Below, piece after piece: positions 15,048-27,599 of a stretch of DNA of 64,000 bases. The first letter of the stretch is position 1, and each line of letters starts with the position of its first letter. The notes beneath the pieces are model-generated. The model had not been told where the DNA came from. It was given only the letters and a program-made list of their open reading frames with translations, and made no database searches. The stretch is from Fonticula alba ATCC 38817 (Eukaryota; Protista; Nucleariida). The stretch is from the NCBI GenBank assembly GCA_000388065.2, contig KB932201.1, one strand, 5' to 3'. The translations under genes were made by a program, and so were the position numbers.

Positions 15048-16461
15048 TGTCTTGGACGACCAGGGGGAGGGGGGTCGGAGGGGCGGCGGTTAGTGGGGAG
15101 TTTTTGGCATGCGCTTGAGGGGCCGCGGCGCAAAGGGGAGCCAGCCACACGGCCAGGCCGGTCGGCACAGCGAGGCGCCGATGGCAAACAGGCCGCATTC
15201 GCAGCGGACCTGCCACCCGCCCAAGGTCAGCCGCGAGGCGGGGGGGGGGGGGGGGCGACGGGCAGCAAAAGCCGAAGCCATGCTGCTGCCGCTCAGGTGG
15301 GGCCTCCCGAGGACGATCGGCACAGCAGACGGACGACGCAGGGAAGAAGCAAAATGGGCGACATCATGGACAGGGGGAGGCGAGGTACATATTCGGCTTT
15401 ACGCAGTTCGTGTGCGTCTGGGCGTGGGTGAAAAAAGGACGTAGGTGCTCTGAAGGCAGGATGGGTGGTTTGGTTATGGTAATGGGATTTGTCTGCGCCC
15501 CGGGACCGGTGAACGCGCTTCGCAGGGGGTATTTATTTGTCTATCCTCTTTCCCCGTTCCCCCCTCCGCCCTGGGACCCCCGCCCCGCCTCCTCCCCCGG
15601 CCACACCGGCCGACACGCAGACATGACGACAACCCACCCTCCTGCTCATGGCCAGCACAGGGGTTTGGAGGACGCGATGCCACAGGGAGGCGGGAGGTCG
15701 GCAAGAGGCGAGAGGGTCACGCCCTCCCCTGTTCCGCGCTTGTCAGTCCGCATTTTCGCCGGCTCGCATCACCCCCGCCCCCAGCCCACGCCCGCCCCCC
15801 CCCCCTCACCACCTGGCACAGTTTCCCACGCGAATGCAGGCGGCCATGGTGACGAGAGGGGAGCCACCGCACCACACCGCACCACACCGGCCCGGGACGA
15901 GCCCCCCCACACGACAAATAATTGTGGAAGAGATGCAGCCTATTGATACACCAGAGAGCAAACTCAGTCCCCTCGCGGGAGGGGGGACGGGGGGGGGGGG
16001 GGGGGGGGGGGGAGGGGGGGGGCGGCCTTCCACGGCCATCGTGGCACGGCGCACGCCTTGACCACAATCCACGCGTGTCCCCACAATCAAACGGCTGCTC
16101 CTGGTGTTAACTTTAAGAGAGCGAATTAAGGCGAGCTGGCCATGCGCCTTCTCGCAGCACGCCGCAAGAAATACACTGAATCAGCCCCCTGAACAGGCGC
16201 AGGAGTCCGCGACCGGGTGCTCCGGTCAACCATGGCGTGTGGGAGACCCTCCTGGCCTGGGACCGCGACCGACCAGGAAGTCAAGAGAGCTCCCGACGCT
16301 GGTTGACCCGGGGGGGGGGGGGGGAGCCGGGGACCTCTCGGGAAGGAAGTGCCCACCCCACGAAAACGCGGCTCGCAGGCCGGGGGGGGGCCCTTCTTCT
16401 ATGTTGACACCGAGCAACGTAGCCCCCGCGAGACCCGGGGGCACGGATGGCTATCGGGGGA

Positions 16462-19400
16462 CTATTCTGCAGTCCGAGCGCGCTTGGATCCCGTGCATGG
16501 GGACGGCGGGTCACGTGCATCGTCGCATGATGTCCGGACCACGGTCCTCGAAGGGGCCCGGGCCGCCCCCCGGCGTGTCCAGTGAACGCACTGCTCGGCC
16601 GTGAGGGACTCCAGGCTGGGCAGGGAGAGGAACGAGCCGCTGCCAGAGCCCAGGAGATCTGGCGCCGAGGGCAAGGGCGCCAAGGGGCTGCCAGGTGCCA
16701 GCCCCGGCGGAAGGCCATCTTCCGCCAGCGACGCCGGGCTGTCTTGGAGATCGGGCTGTGTGCTTGCACCACAGCCTGGAGGGCTGGCTGTGGGACTGAA
16801 GGGGGGCAGGTCCAGCGGAATGGGAAGCACCGGCAGGCAGGGGCCCTGGGCGAGGGTGGCGCCGGTGGGCGGCGCCGAAACCACCCGGCAGCCAGGGCTG
16901 TGGGACACATGTTGCAGGACCATCTCCATCAGACGGCTGTGGGCCAAAGTCCGGCCGCTGCCCACGAGCACGAGCTTGCGTTTGGCGCGGGTGATGGCCA
17001 CATTCACTCGACGCCACTCCTTCAGGAGATCGCCGAACTGGCATCGGTCGCAATGGACGCCGCCGGGGGCGTGGGGCCAAGACGGCCGGGAGGGGGGAGG
17101 GGGGGGGGGATGGGGGACCAGGAGCAGAGAGGGGAAGACGAGCGGAGATGCGGGTGGAAAGGGGGGTATGTCAGTGGAAAAAGGCACGGAAAGAAGAAGA
17201 GGAAGAAGGGCCGGAAAAAAGACGCACGGCGCCGGTGCTGTTCGACCGGGTGAAAGACACCACAACCACCTCCTTCTCGCGGCCCTGGTACTTGTCGACC
17301 GTGTTCACCTCGACAAGGGACAGCATGTCGGAGAAGCTGGCCTTCTTCTTGGTCGGGGGGCCACCGTCCACCAGGCAGGCCATTCCCGCAGCGGGCCCCG
17401 ACGCGGCGCCCGCTTGCGACTGTGTTTGCGAGAGGATGGCCAGCTGGGTGCCATGGACGCCGGTAGCCGAGAGGGGAGCCGCCGAGGCAGACAGGCCACC
17501 CCCGACGGCCGGACGCATGCCTGCGCCAGCTGCCAGCGGCTGGCTGGAAAAGGTGGTCCCGGTATCGGGGTCCGTGTAGTCGGCCGAGTGCATGACCGTC
17601 TGAATGATCGACAGCTGGGCGCGGTAGGTGGCAATCACGCCGATGGAATTGGGGTCTAGCCCGGCACGCAGCAGGGCCAGGGCCACCTGGCAAAAAGCCA
17701 CACAGGCAGAGCATGGCGCAAGCCCACGCGGTTAGTGTGAAAAGGAGCGCACGCAGGAAAGTCCACCACACGGACGGAGCCCATGCAAACGAACCTCACG
17801 GACCAGGAGAGCCTCCCCGAGGTTGGTGGTCAGACCGCCGGACCGGCCGGACGGGTGACCGGCGGAGGGGCAATCTGTCTGGCCATTGGCAGAACCATCT
17901 GCCGAGGGGAGGGAAGGAGGGGCACCATCATCCGCCAGGGCCTTCAGCAAATCATCCACCACCGACATGGAGCTTGCCTGCGAGTGTTGCTCGAGCATGT
18001 TTTGATCCATCTCGGCCAGGCGATCCGTGTCCAGGAAGATCACCGAGTGGCTGAGCCCACGAGGGGCAGAGGGCCAACAGCATGGGAGTCAGACAGCACA
18101 AAGAGGGGGGAAGGAAGGGAAGGAGGGGGGATCGGCACAAGGGCACGGGGGCCGAAAAAAAAACCGAGTGTCAGCGTACCCTGGCTCGAGGATGGCTGAC
18201 AGCCAGCAGGCCTCGGGGCTCGAGCCGTCGCCGGCGCCGGCGCCGGGGCTCTCGGCGCAGCACCCGCAGCAGCCAACCAGACGGTTGAGTAGATCTGGGC
18301 CAAGCATGCTGCATAGGTCGGCGCCCTTGGCTTCGAGCCCCGGGGGCAACACCGCGCCCAAGGCGCTGAAAGGTTGCCCAGGAGTCGGGGTGGGAATGGC
18401 CCGAGCGTGGCGGCCCTCGGAGCCCGCCAGCAACTGCGAGGGATCCAAGTCACCGGGGAGCCGAGTAAAGTCCCCGGGCCAGCGGAGAGTCGTGGCCTCG
18501 ACGCGGGCCGACCCGGCAAGCAGCCGGCCGCCATACACCAGTTGGTTGGACAGCTGGCGAATCGGGCCATTCATGCGGTATTGTCGACTGAGAGAGAGAA
18601 TGGCACTGGGATGGGCCGATGCCAGTCGACGGAAGAGACTCTGATCGAGACCATCCTCCTGGCCGGCGCCCGGGGCACCGCCGGCGGGCTGATTCTTGGC
18701 CAGGCTCGACTGGACGACTGGCGGAAGTTGATAGAGGTCGCCGACCATGATGAAGCAGTCCGCTCGGTGCGCCGCCATCAGAGCCTGCGGCAGCTGCGCC
18801 TGCGATGCCTCGTCGATGATGCACAAGTCAAAGCGACCAACCTCATCCATGTGTTGACTGGACCCGGGTGTCAGTTATCCATGGGGCTGGAGCAGGGGAT
18901 AGACACACATGGACACACGCGCAGACACGCAGACACACAGATATACAGACACACAGATGTGCAGACACACATTGACAGACACACAGACACACAGATATGC
19001 AGACACACATTGACAGACACGCAGACACACAGATATGCAGACACGCATTGACAGACACACAGACACACAGATATACAGACACACAGACATACAGATATGC
19101 GAAAAGTGGAAAGAGGGCAGGACAACATACTTTTTGCAGCTCAAGCACGTGGAGCCAACAACCCGAACCGATGCCAGGAATGCCTGGTATTCGGCCAGCG
19201 AGCCGAAGTTCTTCGCCTGGATGGTGTGCTGCAGCACCACCGGATCCACAGGTGACTGGTCCTCGATGTGGGGGGAGGCTGGGGCATCGCCGGAGCCCAT
19301 GGTGCCGGAGGCATTGCTGGCGTGCATGCCAGTGGAGGTGAAGTCGGAGATGATGCGCATGATAGGGCAGGAGGGCTCCAAGTCCAGGAGCTTACGCAGG

Positions 19401-21007
19401 ATGTTGTCAACGGCCGAGTGCGTGTGCGAGGCGACCAGAACTCGCGCATTCGGGAAGCGCCGCAGGTACAGGAGAATCAGCCAGCAGATGGTTGTCGTCT
19501 TGCCGGCGCCAGGCATGCCCAGCACGAGCATGTAGTCTTGGACTGCAAGCGAAGGAAGTCCAAGGGACAGGCGTCGGGTGAGGAAAGATACGCCGCATGA
19601 TGCAGGGGCAGCGGCAGCGGGGGGGGGGGGATGCGAGGAAAAGCGGGCTTTCTTGTGTTCGGAGGAACGCACCGGCCAGGGCCTTGCGGAGCATCAGCTG
19701 TTGGTCGTCATTCACCAGCGCCGGGTCCTCGGCTTGGGGAAGATACTCGGCAATCTCGGTCAATGTGGGCACGGCCGAGAAGCGCGGGGCTGCGCGCGGG
19801 AAGATCCCCAGCAAAGGGGGCACCCACACCAAGGGCGTCCGGGCGCCAGATGGCGCATCCGCGGATGGCCAGGCAGCCAAGTGGCAGAGAGCGTCAGGCA
19901 GGGAGATCGGGGGAAAGCCCCCTCCAAGAGGCAGAGTCAAAAACAGGGGGGCCCCCGGCAAGAAGTAAAGCGGACCTTCCAAGTCGACCACCAGCTCGCG
20001 AAGGCGTTGAGCTCCGGAGAAGCCGAACAGATCGAGCAGAGCCTGGCGCTGGGCGGTTTGACGGAAACTGGAGCTACTCCAGGCCTCCAGGCTACGATCC
20101 GCAGAGGGACGGCATGATGTGAGGGGCGGGCGGAAAGGAGAGAAAGGGCCAAAAGGCGCGGACATGTGAACGAGTGCGCGAGCAGGGGGGGCAACGCGCA
20201 CATGTGCGCAAGGGCATGGATGCCGGGCAAAAGTGGACCAGAGGAACATACCGATACAACAGCGGCCGCTCGCGAAGGGTCGGTCCTCCGGGGGAAACCG
20301 GCTCGCAGATGTCCTCCAGGTCCGGTAGATCTTCGGTCCCGGCAAAGCGCCGGCCCGAGGAACTCGACCCAGCCAGCAGCAGCGGCGGCGGCCGGAAGAT
20401 GTGCTTGGTGGAGAGGTTGATTTCCAAGACCGGGCGGAAGCCAAGCACTTGGCTCAGCCACTCGGCCAGAAGAAGCTCCCCCGCAAGGCCGGCCCCGGCC
20501 GGGCCATTTGGCACACCGGCCACCCGGGTGAAGGCCATGTCATTGGTGTCGGCAAGGCGCCGGCCCCGGTCAAGCCACGCACCCTCCAGATACATTGTGG
20601 CGAGGCCGATCGAGTCGCCGGCGCTCAAGGTGTAGCCCTTCCCCATGTACATGCGCTTGAAGATGTTGGACAGCCAGCTGGCGGTGGAGGAGGACAGAAA
20701 GATGGCCCGCGCCCGGCGCCGCAGCCGCCGGAGGGTCCCCCGCTCGTCCGGCCCGAGGGGCACCAAGTCCAGCGGCAGGCCGGAGGGGGCTCGCCCGCGG
20801 CGGACTCCCGGCCCGGCTCGGCCTCGGACGGCCATCGTTTGGAAGAACCCCAGGAAGTCGGGCCCGAGCTCGGCCGCCAGCCCGGCCACCAGCACTCGCG
20901 TCAACAGCGCCGCGCTGGCTGGCCACCGGGCGAGGGAGGCATTGGGGCCGGTGTCGGGCCTCGCCATGGGGCCTGGCCCGGAGGCCGAGACGGCGGCCGG
21001 GGTCGAT

Positions 21008-21045
<38 letters not shown>

Positions 21046-24000
21046 AAAGCCAGCCGGACAGTGAAGCCGGAAGCGGTAAAGCAGATCGCGCGGCGTCCTC
21101 CCGGAGTTGAGCGGCAATGTGGGATCCGAATAGCGATGGAACTTCGGGGAACGCCCCGGGCCGGAGCCCATGCCCGGCGTGACCAGGCTGCCGAATTCCA
21201 AACCATCCAGCGAAAAGCCGAGCGCCGCGCGCCGATGTGCGGGAGTTTGCCAGAAGGAATCCTCCTCGGAGGCCGTGGCCTGGTCCCGGAGGGACTCCTC
21301 CACATCGACCAACTGCAGCCAGTGCCGAAGGAAGCGCCCATGCTCCTCGGTCACGGCGCTCGTCTCGGCCAGATAGTGCAACCCGACGAAGCGACTGTGG
21401 CTGCTCGGCACCGGCCGGGGGATTTGCCCCGGTCGAAGCGGAGCCTCCGGCTCGGGGAAGATGCCGAGGCCGCCGGAAGCCGGGGCGCTCGTGATGGCGG
21501 CATCGCGCGACAGGACCGCCGCTTGGATCCCATCCGTGGCAAGGTGCCGCCGACGCATGGCCTGCAGGAGAGCCTCATGCACCGGGCCCACGAGAAGCGA
21601 CTCCGGCAAGGTGGCTCCAGGCGGCGCGCCTCCGGCAGATGTCTGCGTCCCGGTAAGGGACAGCGTTTGCGAGGTGCTTGTCCCGGCCAGCCGGTGCGCT
21701 GCCCGATTGTGATCGGGCACCAGTGTCCCGAGGAAGGCGCGTGCCGAGGGCACCTTCGGTGTGGGGGACCTGCCGGGGGTTTGGCCTGCGGAGTCGCCGG
21801 GACGTCCGTCGGCCAGGGACACCGCGGGGGTGCTCTTTTCCCGGAGCTCCTCATCCATTTCCACGAGGGCCGTGGTGATGGCCATCTGGTCGAAGGGGGC
21901 CCCGCCCTCGAGCATGCGCCCGGCCAGCAGGCACGCTTGCCGCAGGTCGCACCTCTCGCAAGTCCGGTGGAAGGAGGCCGACAGCGGCTCCGGAAAGCGA
22001 GGCCGGGAATCCTGCAAGAAGGAGACAAGCTCATTCCGCCTGATGAGCAGCTCCTTGATGGCCTCCCAGGTGGCCGTGAAAGGATGGTAGATGGACTCAC
22101 TGTGAGGGGGCTGGGAGCTCTGGTCACCTGTCGAGGAGGCCTCCCCGGAGGGGATGCCACCCCAGGATCGATGGTGCACCACCTGCACATACAGCAGGCC
22201 CGAGACAACCGGCTGGTCATACCGCTCGGATGCCAGTAGCGAATAGATGGCCAGCTGCGATTCGAAGTCGTTCAGGAAGTACTGCATGGAGGACATGGTC
22301 CCGCGAGTCTTCACCTCCAGCGGGGCCACTTGCACTCCGCCCCCATCAACCTGATACTCCACCATGGCATCGACGAATCCGCTCAAGCCGAGCAATGGGG
22401 ACACCAGGCTTTCCTCGATGTTCAGCAGCCGGAGGATCAGGTTCTCAGACAGGGCCATGGAGTTGGCCTTGGCCTTGGCCTTGGCCGGGAACTTCTCATC
22501 CACAACCGGTCCAGCCAGGGCGCAATGCTTGTCCATCCATTGCCGAACGCCGAGTAGATATTGTCGCAGGAGGTTGGCCGCCACGTCGAGCGTGTAGCCG
22601 AGCGAGAAAATCTTGATGCGGTTGTCTTCGATGATGTCTTTGATGAGCTGCTCCTCGAACGGAGCATCCCGCCTGCCGGACATCAAGATTTGCTGCACCA
22701 TCAAATGAACCTGCGCAGTGCCCCCGCGGTGGGGAGGTGCGGAACAACATCCGGCACAGGTGGGGGAGAGAGAGAGAGAGAGTGCATAGTGGGCACGGGG
22801 GATTAGAAAGGCAGTAGGGAGACGCGGGTAGGGGGAGTGGCCGTCGGCGAGGAAGAGGGGAAAGGGGGCGACGAAGCGACAGAGAGAGGGAGAGAGAGAG
22901 AGAGAGAAAGAAAGAAAGAAGGAGGGAGGAAAGCGCTGAAGAACAGCCCGCGCCGCATACCATCGACCCTCGGAGGGAATCGGTACTTCCCGTGAATTTC
23001 GAGCCGAAATACTTCTTGAGCACCGTCTGGCGGCTGCAGTGTGCGCGTGCGAGATCTCCGCTGGGGAACAGGAAGTCGGGATTGACAATGAGAAGGCCGC
23101 CCTCATTGTCGACAACCAGCGGCAATGCCAAGGCCTCGCCCATGACATCGGAGGCCTGGCCGAGGAGCGCGCTCTCGAAGAGGTGATATGCTCGGGCCAC
23201 CGACCGCGTGGGGAGGCTATCCTGGCTGAAGAACTGCCGCGGAATGATTTGCACCGAGAGCCCAACCTCCAGAGGCAGGGAGGCCCAGTCATCGCGAAGA
23301 AGCACCTCCAGATCCCGCTGGACCCCGGGGTGATAGACGGAAACAGCCTAGCCGGTGGGCGCGATGTGTTCGTATGTCCGGGCGGGCGGGCGGGCGGGCG
23401 GGCGTGCACATGTGTGCGTATGTGTGTGTGCACCCACGTTGGGGCGTGTGGCGGTGTGTGAGTGTGCGCAGTCTCCCCCACTGAAGGATGAGGGGCCGGA
23501 AGGGACGGATGGCAAACGGAGCACAGGACAAATGCAAGGGCGGGAAGAGGGAGCCATGCGCACCCGCTGCTTGGTGGACCAATCACCGGAGTACCTCGGA
23601 TCGAGGATGTCAGTCACTGGCGACACATCTGTGATGGTCAGGCGCATGAATGAAGGCCCGGAGCTCAGGAGATTCCGGGCATTGCCCTCCCGCGAGTAGG
23701 GCGCCCGATCCTGGCCCTCATCGTGCGGAGCAAAGGTCACTGCCTCAGGACCACTGGCCGGGGCATTTGGAACGGGCCAAGTGCCAGACATCGCCTCGTC
23801 GACCGGGGCGCCCTGTGCTGAATCATCGGTCGACATGGGATTTGGCGCCATCTTGACGGGCGCGGCGTCACCTGGAGCCGGATCGCCGGCCAGAGGGTCG
23901 ACCGGGGTCGAGCAGGCCGGCGGGGTGTCGGCCGGGGTCGAGTTGGCAAGCGGAGTGTCGAGCAAGTCCATGCCATACTCCATGGAGTCTAGATCCGAGA

Positions 24001-24157
24001 GATTTTCAAAATCCGACAGAGACACGAGCCCCGATACGCCGGGGTCCGAGAGGCTTCGCACGAGGTCTGTCTTTGCCAGGAGCGCCGGTGGGACTGGTGC
24101 GTAAGTGCCCGCCCCAGATCTCTCTTCGGGCATGCCCTGCTGAATGTACTCACCCAT
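16462..24157 (-). CDS. DNA2: DNA2 nuclease/helicase, multi-exon
   Basis: Fe-S cysteines (RAHCSRQ; [10 protein letters not shown]), RecB-type nuclease motifs (GFVDAM...PLEVKT...SQLAIY), Walker [38 protein letters not shown] and [14 protein letters not shown]. Confidence 0.93.
18896..19100. repeat. Degenerate CAGACACA/CAGATA minisatellite filling a DNA2 intron
   Basis: Repeated gcagacacacattgacagacacacagacacacagatat units lie between the GTATGT donor (~19130) and the CAG acceptor (~18858). Confidence 0.85.
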
Positions 24158-24834
24158 GGCGGTGCGGAGCCCAAGAGAGAGAGAGAGAGAGGAGGAGAGT
24201 TGGGAGGGCGTCCCGCAAAAGAGGCAAAGGGGAGGAGGGGAGGGAAGGGCGAATGAAAGGCGCGATGAGCTGAACAGCCGGGCAATGGGCGGGCGCGTGT
24301 GCCTCAAGAGAAAGAGCAACCCACGGCGCGAGGGTGTCAAGCGAAGCGAGGGCACACAATTGAAAGAGCATGGTCCATGCGCTGGCGCCCAGAGGGGGGG
24401 GGGGGGGGGGCGCCTGTGCCTTTGTTCAACCCCACAGGGCAGCGGAGCCGCCTGCTTGTCGCCCGTTGTCCCTTGCCATGGAATTGGCGGATGCCGCGGC
24501 GTCCCACAAGGAAGACTCGCCGAGATCGGACCAAGATCGGAGCACGATTGCTTAGGGCGTGTTCGTTGGCACTCCGCCGCGCGGGTGGCGCGCCGGGTCC
24601 CATGTCTATTCTCTCTCAAGTACAATGGGTGTGGAGCGCACGCGGAGCGGCTCCTGTTGGTGTTGGAGTTGTTGGGGGGGGGGATGGGGGGCTTCTTTTT
24701 TTTTTTTCGGGCGCCCGAGAGATCGACGCAAGCAGGAGAGGCGATCTCAATGGCCAGCGACCGGCAAGGGGGGGAGGGGGGGGGGGGCACACGCACGCAC
24801 GCACGCACGTATGCACCCAATCGGCTGGCCGCGT

Positions 24835-25283
24835 TCAATTCAATGTCCCCCGGCAATTGGGCGAGCCGCAGAGACAGGGAACCCGCTCCTCGAGCTCGTC
24901 CTCCAGGGGGAACTGATAGTCGAAGGTGATTTCCTGGCCCACAGCGATGGCGCGCTTGGCATGGAAGAAAATGCGCTCTGTGGCTCCGGGGCGCCCTCCC
25001 AACTGGACCATCTCCCCGAAAGAGCGCACCACACCCGGGCTGTCGATGGAGAAGCCGGGGGTCGACGATTGGCTGGGGTGGCCGCCAGCGTCATCGGAAT
25101 TACCGCCAGCCCCGCCGGCGGCGTGGCCCTGGGCATCAGCATAGCTCCCAACAAAAGGAGCCGCCGAGGTGGACGTGTCGAAGTGGACCTTGGCGAAGGC
25201 GTTGGGCTAGAAGGAGGGGGGCCCCACGTCGATGAACAAACAAAAAGGACATCAATGTCGCCACAAGAATGAGGGACATGGGG

Positions 25284-25317
<34 letters not shown>

Positions 25318-27523
25318 GAGGAGGAGGAAGAGGGAGGGACAGAGAAAAGAAGGGAGTGACCATGGCCAGGGGGTCAGATGCGCGAGATCAAACAAAACGC
25401 AACGGCGGGAAGGCAGCGAACGCACATCGCACGAGTGGTTCAAAAATCGGGCCATGCCGCCGGACAAAGTGGCATCAATGATTCGATCATCGCCGGCCCG
25501 GAAGAGATACGAACTGCCGATGCCACGAGCAGTATAGGCCTTCTCGCGGCGCTCGGACACCTACCCCCGGGGTGTGGCAGGAAAAGGAAGGGAAGACATG
25601 GCCGCGGCTCGGCGTCAGGGATCGGCCTCTCGAGTAGCACAGAGACAGGGTGATGATCGGGAGGCAAGGGGGCAAAAAAAAAGGAAAAGGAAAGGGGACA
25701 AAATGGACAGACTTGGCCGATGCGCACCTTGGTTCCAATCAACTCACCGATGTACTCGAAGATCACACCGCCGGGCTCGATGTTCTCACACGCGAATACA
25801 CCCCAGTCGTGGATGCGACTCCGAGCGAAGGCCACCCGGGGGAAACGCCGACGAGAGGGGTCCAGCGGATTGGCCAGCGGGACCGGCGCCAAACTGCCCA
25901 ATGCCGGACCACCAGGGAGACTTCCGGCTGAAAGGGACCCGAGGCCACAGGCGACGAGCGTGCTATTGGATGCCGTGGATGCCAGCAGGCCAGGCGCCGA
26001 CTGCAGATCCACCGGATCAGCGTAGCAAGCCTCCAGCGAGGCAAAGTACGCCGCGGCCAGGTGGGTCAGGGCACGCACACTGGTCGGCGGGGGGACCTCC
26101 TGCCCGGAGGCAGCCGAAGACCAGGGATCCGTGAAGCCGATGGCCAGCGCCAACGGCAGGCTCCCCTGGTACCCGACGCTCTGGACCGCTCGGCTGGCGG
26201 GCGTCAGCTGCGGCTCGGTGGGCGACCCGGTATTCAGCAGACCAGGGCTACTGAGCTCCGCGTACAGCTGAGCTGTCCCGGACAATGGCTGGCCCGGGCC
26301 CGAAGGCGAGGTCGTGCGCGACTCGACAAAGGTGACGTCACTCGGCGATTCGCAGGTGGCCGGGAGCCCAGGCAGGGGGGAGGCCGGGGCGGCGCCCGAG
26401 CGCGTGGGCGAGCCCCGGTGATTGCCATCCTGCAGGGAATTCGCACAGGACGCCTTGCGAGAAGGCGAGAACCGAGGATTGCCAACTGCCGGCAGCGAGG
26501 CCCCGGGGATCGGGGTACTTTGGGCATTTTTGCCGGCACGCTCCAAATTGCCGTCGCCGGTTGGGCCACTTGCCTGCCTGGTGGGCGTGGCAAAGGCCAC
26601 ATCATCGGGCTCATCGTCGGCCGCCGGCACATCCAACCCGAAGGAGCGCTGGCCCGCGGTCGGGTGGGGCGTACGACGAGCCAGAAAGGGATCCGCGCGA
26701 AGGAGCTCCAGCGCGATGGCCCCCTCTGGCCGGATAACCCCCTCCAGTCGGGGGAGGCGCATTGGGTCGAAGAGGCGCGAGGCATTTTCGCCGATGACAT
26801 CGGCCGCCCCGACCGGCGATGGGATGGTGGCATACACCTCGGAAGAGGACTCCACCGAGGCAGTGACCAGGGACCTGGACCAGAGGCTGATTGGCCGGTT
26901 GGCATTGGCCAGCCACATGGGCGGGGGGTGGAGTGCGTGCGGGGATTGGCTCGGCACGGGCGGGAAGAACACCGACGGCGGGTTGAACCGATGCACCGCC
27001 CACGAGGTCCAGGACCAAACGCGCCGCAGGCGCACCTTGTCAATGACCGACACCGGCCGATAGGGCAAGCACCGAGCACATCCCGCGTCGTGGGCTGGGA
27101 TTCGGTCAGTACACGGAGCGGGGCGTGCGAGAGGGGGTGTGGATGTCAGCACGCACGACGAGCAGGCATCTGCGAGGCCTCCAGAGCAGAGGAAGGCCTC
27201 CAAAAGGCCAGTGCTGCCGGGGTCAGGCGGTCTTTGGGAGCCAGCTCCGGGCCAATGAGACAGATCGGAAGAGCGTCGTGTTCTGCGAGGCCTCCAGAGC
27301 AGAGGAAGGCCTCCAAAAGGCCAGTGCTGCCGGGGTCAGGCGGTCTTTGGGAGCCAGCTCCGGGCCAATGAGACGCAGAAGCTCCTCCACAGCTTGGGCT
27401 GCCCCGGGGAATCGCTCCACCAGCAGCTGTGTTGATCCGTCGTCCTGAAAGGCGGAGGAAACGCCAACAGGTGTCGAATTGACACCCGCAATTTGGGGAA
27501 GTAGAGTCAGAGAAACGAGCATG

Positions 27524-27599
<76 letters not shown>

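Noticed and set aside
15100-16450. Short ORFs and poly-G tracts between the orphan TM gene and DNA2
   Set aside because: No coherent coding signal; G-runs occur throughout the window, so no specific G-quadruplex claim is supportable.
27169-27374. Repeat-spacer-repeat resembling a CRISPR array or target-site duplication
   Set aside because: The spacer is Illumina adapter, and the repeat is one copy of SET1 coding sequence duplicated.
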